The notes: generated from the letters alone by a model not told the origin. A stretch of DNA of 32,000 nt from Vibrio cholerae ATCC 14035 (GCF_000621645.1 NZ_JHXR01000009.1:150001-182000); one strand, 5' to 3'. Counted from the stretch's first letter, positions 7,555 to 16,660 are shown. Program-made: numbers and translations.

Positions 7555-9216
7555 ATGGCTGTACCTACTTTTGCTGAATTAAAAGTTTTAATCATCGACG
7601 ATGCGCCGATAGTCATTGCCAGTTTACGCAGCATGTTGCTCAAGCTGGGTTTCACTGAGCCAAACATAGTGTGGAGTAAAAGCCCACGAGCCGCGGTATT
7701 CATGGCCGGAAGGCAGAGATTTGATATTTTTATTTGCGATTACAACTTCGGTAAGGGGTTGAATGGTAAGCAAGTTTTTGAGGAGCTAAAACACTATAAA
7801 CTCATCAAGCAAGACGCGGTATTTGTATTAGTTACAGGTGAGAATTCGGCGTATGTCGTGCATTCGATTCTGGAGCTCAAACCGGATGAGTATATCCTAA
7901 AACCCTTCAATATCATGACCTTGCAGGAGCGTTTAACTAACGCTATCTCACGCAAACATGCGCTCAAAGCCCTCTATCAAGCAGAACGCGATGGCGATGC
8001 TGAATTAGGTCTGAGTTTGTGTGACGAGCTGGAGCCTTTTTACAACGATTACTATTTCGTGATCCAAAAATTTCGTGGGGAATTTTTAACTCAGTTGCGC
8101 CGTTTTGATCACGCGCGCGAAGTCTACCTCGAAACGTTAGAGCATAAAGACTTTGATTGGGCAAAAATTGGTCTTGCGAATGCCCTCAAGCAGACCGGGC
8201 GTCAAGTCGAAGCCACACAAGTGATACAAGAACTGCTGGCGAGTGCTCCCAATAATGTGCGAGCTCGGGTGGAAGCGGCGAGCATCAGTCTATGCAATAA
8301 CTCAATTCCTGAAGCCATTCACCATTTACAGGTTGCCAACCAAATTGTCCCCGGACATTCAGAGCGTGAATGGGTACTGGCGAATCTGTGCTTATCGGTT
8401 GGGGATGGAGCCTCTGCTCTCGAGCGCTATCGCTTGTATGTGGAAATTAACAAAGAGACTTATCGTAACAATCATCAGATGCACCTCAATTTTATTCGTA
8501 CTTTGCTTTATGCCGCCCGACAAGCGGAATCGGAACAGCGTGATCTGTGGGTGCAAGAGGCGAAATCCATTCTGAAAGGGCTTTACGATAAAGGCCAGCA
8601 TGAAGATCTGCTTGCCCAACTCGAATTAGTGGCTGCGCATTTAGCGATGGAAGAGGGTGAATTTGGGGTTTCAGTGGAAATTTTAAACAAGATTTATCGC
8701 GCTAAACCGTTCGAATTGTTTGAAGACCGCTACCATTTTACGTGGCTACTCAATGTGATGGGGTTTGACTCTGAATTTGCCAAATGCATCAGTTGGTGTA
8801 ATGAAACCCTGTTAAATCAAGAAACAGACATCGTTTTAGAAAGTAAAGTGGCTTTAGCTAAGGCATTAAAAGAAGCTAATCAAGAGAAGCTGCAATGGCT
8901 TGAACAACGCTATCACGCACTTTGTAATAAACAGCAGACCATCGACTCGCTGCTTGCGATTTACATCGAAATTTTAGAAAAGTGCCCGACATTGCGTACT
9001 GTATGTATGAAAGTGGTGACGATATTTTCTCGCTACTGGCCGACGGCATTAACGGAATCGGAAGCAGAACGCTTGCTGAAAAGTTGTCATCGCACCATCC
9101 GACAACTGATGAATGAAGAAGAGTTACAGCAAGCTCAATACGCGGAGTTGTATCGAAAAGCACTCACTTTTCGTAGTCGCTATCGTTTACAGCGAACCGA
9201 ATCAGTTGAGGCGTAA
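7555..9216 (+). CDS. vieB: VieB: receiver domain fused to a long TPR-like helical repeat region
   Basis: N-terminal REC (LIIDDAP, FICDYNF, LVTGE, ILKPF) followed by about 400 aa of helical repeats with no output enzyme or DNA-binding motif. It is the third gene after vieS-vieA, with a 11-nt gap. Confidence 0.9.
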   Translation: MAVPTFAELKVLIIDDAPIVIASLRSMLLKLGFTEPNIVWSKSPRAAVFMAGRQRFDIFICDYNFGKGLNGKQVFEELKHYKLIKQDAVFVLVTGENSAYVVHSILELKPDEYILKPFNIMTLQERLTNAISRKHALKALYQAERDGDAELGLSLCDELEPFYNDYYFVIQKFRGEFLTQLRRFDHAREVYLETLEHKDFDWAKIGLANALKQTGRQVEATQVIQELLASAPNNVRARVEAASISLCNNSIPEAIHHLQVANQIVPGHSEREWVLANLCLSVGDGASALERYRLYVEINKETYRNNHQMHLNFIRTLLYAARQAESEQRDLWVQEAKSILKGLYDKGQHEDLLAQLELVAAHLAMEEGEFGVSVEILNKIYRAKPFELFEDRYHFTWLLNVMGFDSEFAKCISWCNETLLNQETDIVLESKVALAKALKEANQEKLQWLEQRYHALCNKQQTIDSLLAIYIEILEKCPTLRTVCMKVVTIFSRYWPTALTESEAERLLKSCHRTIRQLMNEEELQQAQYAELYRKALTFRSRYRLQRTESVEA

Positions 9217-9249
9217 CCGCCCTCTACAGAGGACGATTACGCCGTATCA

Positions 9250-11669
9250 TCAGTCGAAATAGGCCACCATTTCGACCGTGTCGCCGAGTTGTTGTGCGTT
9301 TAACGAAAAGTGCACATAGCCTTCTTGTGTCACAGGAATACGCAAATACTCATGACTGCCCGCACCAGTTGAGGCGTGCTCAAACTGCTCTCGAGTTGGC
9401 CAATACGCTTTTGCTGCAAACAGATCGACATTGCCTCGGTTTTGTTCTGAAGCGGTGAGCCATACTTGTACTTCACTGACGCCTTTTGGCACGTAGATGG
9501 CGACGTAACGTTGTCGATGCACGGTAAGGCTTTGACTGTTACCCGCTTCTAAAAGCACAGGAGCAAGATCATCTTTGATAGTCGGTTGCTCATTAGGCTG
9601 TTCAGTGACTAGGTGTGTGTTGAGGATGACTGCTGAGTAATCCGCACGTCCTGTCACACTTAAATAGTAGCGTCCGGGTTTGATGTAACCATTCTGCTCA
9701 GGTTTGAAGGTAATTTGCTCGTTGCTGCCATAGGTAAATTCCGTTACCTGATAATCATAGTAATGGGCAACCTGCTGGTAGCTCATGTACAGATCGGCAT
9801 CTCCCTCCCCGGAGATCTGAACGTGGAACTCTCGGCTGTACTCTGGCACATCCACATAGAACAGATGCTCGCTGTACGCCTTTCCTGTCAGTGTTAAGGA
9901 CGAATTGGCCGCTAACTGAGTGACCGCATTGGGTTCTGGGTTAGGCTGTTCTGGATTATCTGGATTATCTGGATTATCGCGTTGCAATGTATCCAGCCAC
10001 GCCGAAAACTCGGTGTTATAGCGTTCACCCAGTAATTTGACACTCTGTGCCCACTGATCAAACTGCCCAGTACGAGAGAGTGCCAGCAAGCTTTCCACGT
10101 CTTGTGGATGCTTTTCCAACATAAAGCGTACCGCTAAGTAGCCCCAGCGATAAATGCGGTTCGTATCATTCGAGTAGGTGGTAGCAAACACATCAGAAAG
10201 GCTCAATTTACCTTGAGAAATCAGCTTAACCGCCGCTTGGTAGCCCTGCTTATAATGCATATATTCCGCGAAACCTTCTAACCACCACACAATATGACCA
10301 TGGGCTAAGTTATCACTGAACGAACCATACTGGTTGAAGCGCGCGTCCAGATAATGAGTGTACTCATGCTCTAAATTGAGAATCGACAAATCCGCATCAT
10401 TGGCATAACGATAGGCGACAAAACGGGCTTGATTGTTTTGATCCGCAGGGTTGCCTTCTAAATACTGCCCGCCATTGTCGGTGGTATTGCCAAATAAAAA
10501 CGAGGAGTAATTGACATAGCTGCTGTTATTGGCAAACACCACCACCTCAACGCGAGTGTTGTAATCATCAGCGACCGGTGCCAATCCCGTATTTGCCACT
10601 TGGTGAAAATCTTGCTCTTTTTTATCCAATACGTCACAGGCTTGCGCGGCTTGCGCATCGGAAAGATCTTGCGAGCGAATAATGGCAGGGCCTTGGCATT
10701 CAAAGCGGTTTGGCAAAATGCGCGCGGCTAAATCGCGCTTCGCTGCATCAAGATCGATACCGAGCTGTTGCAGCACCTCAGGTGCGTAATAATGCAACAT
10801 CTCAACGGCAGCTAACCACAATTTGTCGTGTTTACTCCCTAAAGGATAGCGAGCAATCACTTGTCGCATCACATGACGAGCCTTTTGCTTGGTAATGGCA
10901 TCTGGGCTAATCAATAAGCGCCAGTTTCACGCAGAGCGTTGTAAACCAAAAACTCAGCGTCGGTTTCTAATGCCCACTCATTGTCCAGAGCGAATCGATA
11001 CAAGGTATCAATATGTTGAGTGTTGGCGGCTAAGTAGCGGTAAAACTCCGAGTTACCCACATGGCCAGACATCGCACGGAATAAGTTATTTAAACCATCG
11101 ACCCATTGTGTATCTTGCGCCGTTTCTCGATTGAAGCGGTGCAGAGCTAAGATCATCGCATCCATAGTGAGCGGTAACTGCTTAACGTTATCCACCATTA
11201 AACTTAGGCTCTTCATTGCGCCCACCTGTTCACGGCCTTGGTCAAAAGCATGCGGATGACGTAAAAAGCGGTCGATCGATTGAGCAAAGCGTTGACTGAG
11301 TGCTTGAGAATAAGGTTCACGCCCAGCGTTATAACGCACGTAATACGCTGCGCGAATGAACTCACCATAGTTTTCCAAGCGACGAGCTTGCTGCGCTTCA
11401 CCAGTATAGCGAGCAATTTCAGCATCGAGCACAGTTTGTAAATGCGCTAGAGAAGCTTCGCTATAGAGGTTATCCAAGGTTGCCGTTGGTGCGTAAAACC
11501 ATGAGTTGTAACAAGCTTGTGTAGCCACGGCAATTTGCGCAGGAAGATCGCGCGCGGGCTGTAAATCTTGTATCTCACAAGCTGCTTGTGAATAGGAGGA
11601 GTAAGAAAGACCAGCGATGACGCACGCCCAAGCAATGGGGTGATGTTGGATACGTTGTTGAAAAGACAC
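9250..11669 (-). pseudogene. vchC: Secreted M9A collagenase (VchC-like) interrupted by a frameshift into 252-aa and 554-aa ORFs
   Basis: The upstream ORF (11669-10911, GTG start) carries the signal peptide ([18 protein letters not shown]) and N-terminal activator region. The downstream ORF (from about 10926 to 9250) carries the zinc motif HEYTHYL, a DNP/EQPNP linker and two C-terminal PPC-type domains. The two frames overlap by 4 nt, and the second frame opens only 16 nt before the first closes. Combined length is about 806 aa, typical for Vibrio M9 collagenases. Confidence 0.75.
9952..9978. repeat. 9-bp in-frame VNTR (TGGATTATC x3; GATAATCCA on the coding strand) inside the collagenase gene
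   Basis: Three perfect tandem copies at 9952-9960, 9961-9969 and 9970-9978. They translate as DNPDNPDNP in the linker before the PPC domains. The unit matches the GATAATCCA repeat I recall as the VC1650 locus of V. cholerae MLVA schemes. Confidence 0.9.
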
Positions 11670-11836
11670 TGCAAAACCTATTTATGATGAATATATTTGG
11701 GCTGTGGTTTATAAGGTCTTTCTTGGTTTCAATAAAATCTGATGCGTATGAATTATGAGGCTTATTCAATAAATGGAGTTTTTATTCTAATCCAATGAAT
11801 CAAGGTCACTTTTTATACATTTTTCTGTTGAATGGT

Positions 11837-11854
11837 TTAGTGATAAATCACTAA
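11837..11854. promoter_or_regulatory. Perfect 18-bp palindrome in the divergent collagenase/vesC promoter region (candidate operator)
   Basis: TTAGTGAT AA ATCACTAA: 8-bp perfect arms with a 2-bp centre, in an AT-rich 327-bp intergenic region about 145 bp upstream of the vesC start. The cognate factor is unknown. Confidence 0.3.
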
Positions 11855-11996
11855 TAATTCGAGGATATTTAGTGTGAAATCCGTTCATACTCTGCAATAG
11901 ATAGAAATGTTCTATTCACATTGCTTTACATTTTATTTTTTCATGATATGGTATCGTTCCCATCAATGGTCTGGGTGGGAGTTATCAGAGGTATCT

Positions 11997-13643
11997 ATGA
12001 ACAAAACATTTTTATCAGGAGTGGTTGGAACACTTCTTTTTACATCTTTTCAGTTCAGTGCTTCTGGAACGGAATCCGGAGTCTCTAGCCGTATTATTGG
12101 TGGAGAACAAGCGACTGCAGGCGAATGGCCTTATATGGTTGCGCTAACCGCTCGAAATAGTAGCCACGTTTTTTGTGGTGGTAGTTATCTTGGTGGTCGT
12201 TATGTTTTGACTGCTGCGCACTGTGTGGATAAAGAAGATCCTGCTAAGGGGGATGTACTGCTCGGTGCTTTTGACATGAATGATGTTAATACTGCAGAGA
12301 GAATTCATGTCAGACAAATTTATGTGCATAATAGCTATATTACTGCTTCAATGGGCAATGATATTGCTGTTCTTGAATTGGAACGGGATCCCTTACCTCG
12401 AAGATCTGTGCAAATTTCAGATTCATCGGATTTCAATGAGTTGACAAAAGATTCGCCAATGACGGTGATCGGTTTTGGTAATCGTAAAGAAGTCGATGGT
12501 GAGAAATCCGATCCTGCAACCATATTACACCAAGTACAGGTCCCCTTTGTTCCACTCCCGGAATGTAAAACAAAAGGCAGTGATCAGGACGCTAAAAACA
12601 ATTACTCTCAACTAACCAATAACGCGTTTTGTGCCGGTTCGTTTGGCAAAGACGCTTGTTCTGGTGACAGCGGTGGCCCTATCTTTTTTGATTCCAACAA
12701 TGGTCGAAAGCAGATGGGCGTTGTTAGCTGGGGGGATGGCTGTGGTCGAGCCAATAGTCCTGGTGTTTATACTAACCTCAGCGTTTTTAATGATTGGTTA
12801 GATGATCAGCAACTAGGTCTATCCTATCGCCAAAAACGAGACTTAGGAGTAGTAAGACCAGGTTCGTATACTCATAATTTAACTTTTACGAATAACGGTA
12901 ATGCTGACATCAACTTGGGCAATACCTTTGTTTTTGTTGTTGGCATTTCTAGAACAGACGCTGCTGCGATTGTGAATAATAGCTGTACAGGAGTGTTAGC
13001 TTCAGGAGCGAGTTGTGACGTTGAGTTTAGCTATAATATTACTGAACATAAACAGAGTTATGTAAAATTGATAATAGGATCAAGTACTTATAAGACGGGT
13101 GCTGTTCATGCCTACCTCTATTTTGATGCTTTGGACGCTGCGCCTTCAGAAACAGTAAGCTTTTTAGCGAATTTACCTGTCCATAATACCCACGTGAATG
13201 ATCACCCTTGGACGGTTGTCGGTAATGGTCTGCAGACTTCAGCTTTACCAGCTGGAGAAGAGTCTGTAATTTTGTTGGAAAACCTACCTCAAGGTAGACT
13301 CAAATTCCACTATAAACTGTCGTCAAGTGAAGTTCTCGATCAGCTATTTGTCTACGTGAATGATAAGTTTAAGGGTAAATACTTTAACAACACGGAAAAT
13401 CTAGCCACACTTGATATGTATGGTACGAATAACAAGGTTCGATTTGTATACAGAAGACATAGCGGTAGTACTGATGACCAAAGTCGAGCCATATTGAGCC
13501 AAATAAGCTACGATCCAAAATTCTTTGATCTACCTCCACCGCTTGATATTCGTATCGGTGATAGTGGCGGCGGTAGCCTAGGTGGGGCAGCCTTAGCTCT
13601 TCTCTTTGGTTGTGGCTGGTTACGTCGTCGTCAACGCGTCTGA
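11997..13643 (+). CDS. vesC: Secreted trypsin-like serine protease with GlyGly-CTERM sorting signal (VesC-like)
   Basis: ATG 11997 is preceded by GAGG at 6 nt. Signal peptide (MNKTFLSGVVGTLLFTSFQFSASG), IIGG maturation site and the catalytic triad contexts TAAHC, NDIAVLEL and GDSGGP. An extra C-terminal domain of about 240 aa ends in the tail SGGGSLGGAALALLFGCGWLRRRQRV (Gly-rich, hydrophobic, basic), the rhombosortase-type GlyGly-CTERM. Confidence 0.88.
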   Translation: MNKTFLSGVVGTLLFTSFQFSASGTESGVSSRIIGGEQATAGEWPYMVALTARNSSHVFCGGSYLGGRYVLTAAHCVDKEDPAKGDVLLGAFDMNDVNTAERIHVRQIYVHNSYITASMGNDIAVLELERDPLPRRSVQISDSSDFNELTKDSPMTVIGFGNRKEVDGEKSDPATILHQVQVPFVPLPECKTKGSDQDAKNNYSQLTNNAFCAGSFGKDACSGDSGGPIFFDSNNGRKQMGVVSWGDGCGRANSPGVYTNLSVFNDWLDDQQLGLSYRQKRDLGVVRPGSYTHNLTFTNNGNADINLGNTFVFVVGISRTDAAAIVNNSCTGVLASGASCDVEFSYNITEHKQSYVKLIIGSSTYKTGAVHAYLYFDALDAAPSETVSFLANLPVHNTHVNDHPWTVVGNGLQTSALPAGEESVILLENLPQGRLKFHYKLSSSEVLDQLFVYVNDKFKGKYFNNTENLATLDMYGTNNKVRFVYRRHSGSTDDQSRAILSQISYDPKFFDLPPPLDIRIGDSGGGSLGGAALALLFGCGWLRRRQRV

Positions 13644-13670
13644 TCTATCGATAGCCAATTTTGTTTACTC

Positions 13671-13705
13671 AAAGCCAACCGTGATAGGTTGGCTTTGTCG
13701 TTTTT
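13671..13705 (+). terminator. Rho-independent terminator of vesC
   Basis: Stem AAAGCCAACC / GGTTGGCTTT (10 bp, 6-nt loop) followed by GTCGTTTTT. It starts 28 nt after the vesC stop. Confidence 0.75.
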
Positions 13706-13723
13706 GGCAAATCGTTGGGAGAG

Positions 13724-15487
13724 CTAGTCCGCCGACCACACATTGCGAATATCCGGCCAACCCCAGTTGGTGAGCGCAACATCATGTAATACACCGTGGA
13801 AACGCAAGGTTTGTCTATGGTGGAAAAGAGGCGCCAGCCAAGATTCACTGACCAGAAGTGAAGCAATCGGCTCCAGTTGATCGAGATATTGAGGTAATTG
13901 CGCTTGCTCACGTACGGCATTTAATTGCTGCATCAGCCATATCACCTCATCTTGGCTGGCGCACGCATGCAGAATCGGGTTGCTGAATAACATAGCAAAA
14001 GCGGAAGCGTGGCGGTTGTCATCCAAATTAATGTTGGTCAGTACCAAGGTTTCATCCAGCTCGCCCTTGAGCGCACGTTGATTCAATTCCCGATAAGTGT
14101 AAGTGTGAATGCTTAATGTAATGCCTTGAGCTGCAAGCAATCTGGCAATCGCTTGGGCACAGGTCTGTAATGCGGTGTAGTTGTACAAGGCCAAGGTCAA
14201 CTGCGTGGGAAGCGCAACTTTCGGAGCTGGAGATTTCAACACAGCGCGCCAGCTTGGCAGCAAGTTGTGCGCGGGTTCGACGCCAAACATCTCTCCGTGA
14301 CAGCGAATATCTTGCTCAATCGTGTTTGGATTGAGTAGCTCGCTGAGTCGGTGTGCTTGAGCTTGATCCAACGGTTGCTTGGCTCTCTGGTTAAACAGCA
14401 CCATTAAACACCCATCTTCGACGCGGCTTTGCTGTTGGGCGGCAGAGGTTAAATGAGGCGAGTCTGATAGTGAGACTTGATGATGGCTGGTCGTATTGGC
14501 TTCCGGCTGATTAGTTTCAATGAGTGGGCGACTTAAACGCTCCTCATCGACTTGCCAAATGGTCACACGATCGGTCAAGGCTCGACAGCCGTAGAATTGA
14601 CTGAATGCTTTGAGTTTGAGTTTATTGCGGGTGTGTTCCTGAACTTCAAAAGGGCCACAACCTATCACAGGAACAATTTGTCCTTCATGAAATTGGCTGT
14701 AATTCAATTGACTGACCGGTTGAATGGCGTATTTCACGCCAGATATCATCCCTGCAAATCCCGGATCTGGGCGCTCTAAGTTGAATACCACTTGAAAAGG
14801 GGTTGGCGCTTTAATATCGCTAATATGTGCCAGCTCTGCACGGTGTGTTTCTAGACTAGAGAGTTTAGCAAACAGGCTGACAATGGTATTGGCATCCAGC
14901 GGCGCACCATTATGAAAGGTTAATTCGGGTCGCAGATAAAACGTCCATTGCCAAGTGTGCGGATCATAATGCCAATGATGCGCCAGTTCGGGGTGTACAT
15001 GGCCATTAGCATCAGAGCTGACCAAACAACTGTAGATCTGACGGATCAAAAAACGCTCACTACTTCGCTGAGGAAGATGGGGCAGCAGCGGTTCAAATGG
15101 ACGCTTATAAGTGAGCTGAATATGCAGCCGTCCTTCTTGTACCGTAGCACCAGACGTTTTCTTTAACAGTTTGGCAAAAGCGACCTCATCGTTATCTAAA
15201 ATCGCTAATGCTCGTTCGTATTTACCGATCTGTACTCGTTTGGCCGCCAGTTGCTCCTTGAGTGGCTCAAGTTCTCTGTGCAGTAATAATGAAGAGCGGT
15301 GATGTCGTCCTGCCTTCGGTGTCCAAGTTAACCAACCCAATTGATTCAAACGCACCAGCAAATTTCTTGCGTGACGAGGACTCGTAAACAGTCGCTCCGC
15401 CAGTTCAGGCAAAGTGGTTTTAATATCGTGACCCACACCCAAGGGAGTCAGCCTAGCGTAATAGCGCAATAAATTGAGATCAGACAT
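13724..15487 (-). CDS. SgrR-family transcriptional regulator (N-terminal winged-helix SgrR_N + family-5 solute-binding-protein-like domain)
   Basis: 587 aa from ATG 15487 (MSDLNLLRYYARL). The N-terminus aligns by eye with E. coli SgrR (TLPELAERLFTSPRHARNLLVRLNQLGWLTWTPKAGRHHRS vs [41 protein letters not shown]). So do internal blocks (HHWHYD...W.FYLRP...FHNG) and the C-terminus. The 50-codon upstream extension in the ORF track has no support. Confidence 0.85.
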   Translation of the reverse strand: MSDLNLLRYYARLTPLGVGHDIKTTLPELAERLFTSPRHARNLLVRLNQLGWLTWTPKAGRHHRSSLLLHRELEPLKEQLAAKRVQIGKYERALAILDNDEVAFAKLLKKTSGATVQEGRLHIQLTYKRPFEPLLPHLPQRSSERFLIRQIYSCLVSSDANGHVHPELAHHWHYDPHTWQWTFYLRPELTFHNGAPLDANTIVSLFAKLSSLETHRAELAHISDIKAPTPFQVVFNLERPDPGFAGMISGVKYAIQPVSQLNYSQFHEGQIVPVIGCGPFEVQEHTRNKLKLKAFSQFYGCRALTDRVTIWQVDEERLSRPLIETNQPEANTTSHHQVSLSDSPHLTSAAQQQSRVEDGCLMVLFNQRAKQPLDQAQAHRLSELLNPNTIEQDIRCHGEMFGVEPAHNLLPSWRAVLKSPAPKVALPTQLTLALYNYTALQTCAQAIARLLAAQGITLSIHTYTYRELNQRALKGELDETLVLTNINLDDNRHASAFAMLFSNPILHACASQDEVIWLMQQLNAVREQAQLPQYLDQLEPIASLLVSESWLAPLFHHRQTLRFHGVLHDVALTNWGWPDIRNVWSAD

Positions 15488-15716
15488 GGTTACCTCAACG
15501 CTTAGCTCATCTGCGGCTATTGTAGTGAAAAAAGGTGGAGTTAATGGTGAAAACCTACGGGTGGTTTGTTCCTCATTTCTCGACTTCTCAGTGCGAAATT
15601 CCCAATTTTCTGCGTAAAACGGTGTAATGCGGAGCAAAGTGATTTAAATCGCTCACTTTTTTGTTTCCTTAATCAGGATGACAATAAAAGCATCAACACA
15701 ACAAGGAGTGCAGAGT

Positions 15717-15881
15717 ATGTTCATATCACCCGTTAACGAACAGACGATGGCCGCCTACTATCAACAACGGCTGCAGCAAACTCATAGTGTGATTGAGCGA
15801 ATGGCGTTGGTTGCGTTATTTGAGTTGCTCTTTACTCAAACGCCCCCTGAGCCAGAACAGCCCAAATCATCAACCCCATAA
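15717..15881 (+). CDS. Small ORF (54 aa) divergent from the SgrR-family gene; hypothetical small protein or coding part of a dual-function RNA
   Basis: ATG 15717 is preceded by a consensus AAGGAG (15703-15708) at 8-nt spacing. Product: MFISPVNEQTMAAYYQQRLQQTHSVIERMALVALFELLFTQTPPEPEQPKSSTP. I recognise no homology. Support comes from the RBS quality and the position only. Confidence 0.45.
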   Translation: MFISPVNEQTMAAYYQQRLQQTHSVIERMALVALFELLFTQTPPEPEQPKSSTP

Positions 15882-15894
15882 CGAGATAAAACCC

Positions 15895-15950
15895 GCAGCA
15901 CTTGCACTATTGCTCCTGACGCTTCCCCCAAGCTGATACGCAAGTGCTGC
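15895..15950 (+). other. Inverted repeat with 11-bp arms downstream of the small ORF (possible terminator or processing structure)
   Basis: GCAGCACTTGC (15895-15905) pairs with GCAAGTGCTGC (15940-15950), leaving a 34-nt loop, and is followed by TTCTTT. The loop is too long for a textbook intrinsic terminator. Confidence 0.3.
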
Positions 15951-16048
15951 TTCTTTACTACCTGCGTAGGGTGACTTTGTGAGCACATAGCCAATAATGT
16001 ACAGCTGAGTTCGCTAAACTCTTTCCCTCACTGAATGAATAGGAGAGG

Positions 16049-16660
16049 GTGATGGCAATCCGTAATGTGGTATTTGATGTTGGTAATGTGATCGTAAAAT
16101 GGGCACCACAAGACATTGCCCAACTGACGTTTGGTGAGGGAGAAGAGAGTGCCTTCATGGCAACGGCTGTATTTAAAAGTGAGTTCTGGCGCGATTTGAA
16201 TAAAGGAAAATACACTGAAGCGGAAGTGAAACGCGCACTCCATCAGCAATTAGGACTTTCCTCTGACACTCTAGAACAACTCTTTTTCCATATTAAAAAT
16301 ACCCAAGTTTTGCTGCCCGGAACCTTGCAATTAATGGATGATCTCCTCAAAGCAGGTTATCGCCTCTACGCGTTGACCGACAATGTGAACGAGATTGTCG
16401 CTTACTTAAAAAAACAATATGGCTTTTGGCCCAAATTTACTGGCGCAGTAGTGTCGAGTGAGTGTGGTTTGCTTAAACCTGATCCGGCGATTTACCAGCA
16501 TCTGGCAGACTCCCAGCGCATTCTCCCGCAAGAAAGTGTCTTTATGGATGATATGCCAGCCAATGTCGAGGGGGCGCGCCAACAAGGATTTCATGCCATT
16601 CAATTTGTTGATGCGCACCAAGCAAGAGTGCAGCTAGCGCAAATGGGGCTGCACTTTTAA
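16049..16660 (+). CDS. HAD-superfamily phosphatase, YihX-like (sugar-phosphate phosphatase family, subfamily IA)
   Basis: Motif I is the variant FDVGNVIV (E. coli YihX has FDLGNVIV). Also LTDN (motif II region), KPDPAIYQH (motif III Lys) and FMDDMPANVEGARQQG (motif IV). AGGAGAG lies 1-4 nt upstream of GTG 16049 / ATG 16052. Confidence 0.85.
   Translation: MMAIRNVVFDVGNVIVKWAPQDIAQLTFGEGEESAFMATAVFKSEFWRDLNKGKYTEAEVKRALHQQLGLSSDTLEQLFFHIKNTQVLLPGTLQLMDDLLKAGYRLYALTDNVNEIVAYLKKQYGFWPKFTGAVVSSECGLLKPDPAIYQHLADSQRILPQESVFMDDMPANVEGARQQGFHAIQFVDAHQARVQLAQMGLHF

Noticed and set aside
8243-8575. 110-aa ORF in an alternative frame inside vieB
   Set aside because: Same-strand out-of-frame ORF within a gene whose own frame gives a coherent REC-TPR protein. 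No RBS.
9211-9242. Imperfect hairpin between the convergent vieB and collagenase stops as a terminator
   Set aside because: Outer GCGTAA/TTACGC and inner CCTCT/AGAGG pairings exist. However, the inner loop is too tight, the stem is interrupted, and there is no U-tract on either strand. It is too weak to call.
10905-10930. Programmed ribosomal frameshifting or a deliberate two-gene arrangement for the collagenase
   Set aside because: There is no X-XXY-YYZ slippery heptamer or downstream structure at the junction. The downstream ORF would begin at a TTG with no SD and no signal peptide, although it encodes a secreted enzyme's catalytic domain.
11837-11854. The 18-bp palindrome as a CRP site or a HapR/LuxR box
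   Set aside because: The CRP consensus needs TGTGA-N6-TCACA, whereas this dyad has AGTGA-N4-TCACT. HapR/SmcR-type boxes are about 22 bp, and this dyad is 4 bp too short. It is kept only as an unassigned candidate operator.
11907-11996. 30-codon N-terminal extension of vesC (MFYSHCFTFYFFMIWYRSHQW…)
   Set aside because: The internal ATG 11997 has a GAGG RBS and starts a canonical signal peptide. The extension lies in the AT-rich promoter region and would bury that signal peptide.
15488-15637. 50-codon N-terminal extension of the SgrR-family gene
   Set aside because: Similarity to SgrR begins right at MSDLNLLRYY (ATG 15487). The extension has no homology and would consume the divergent promoter region.
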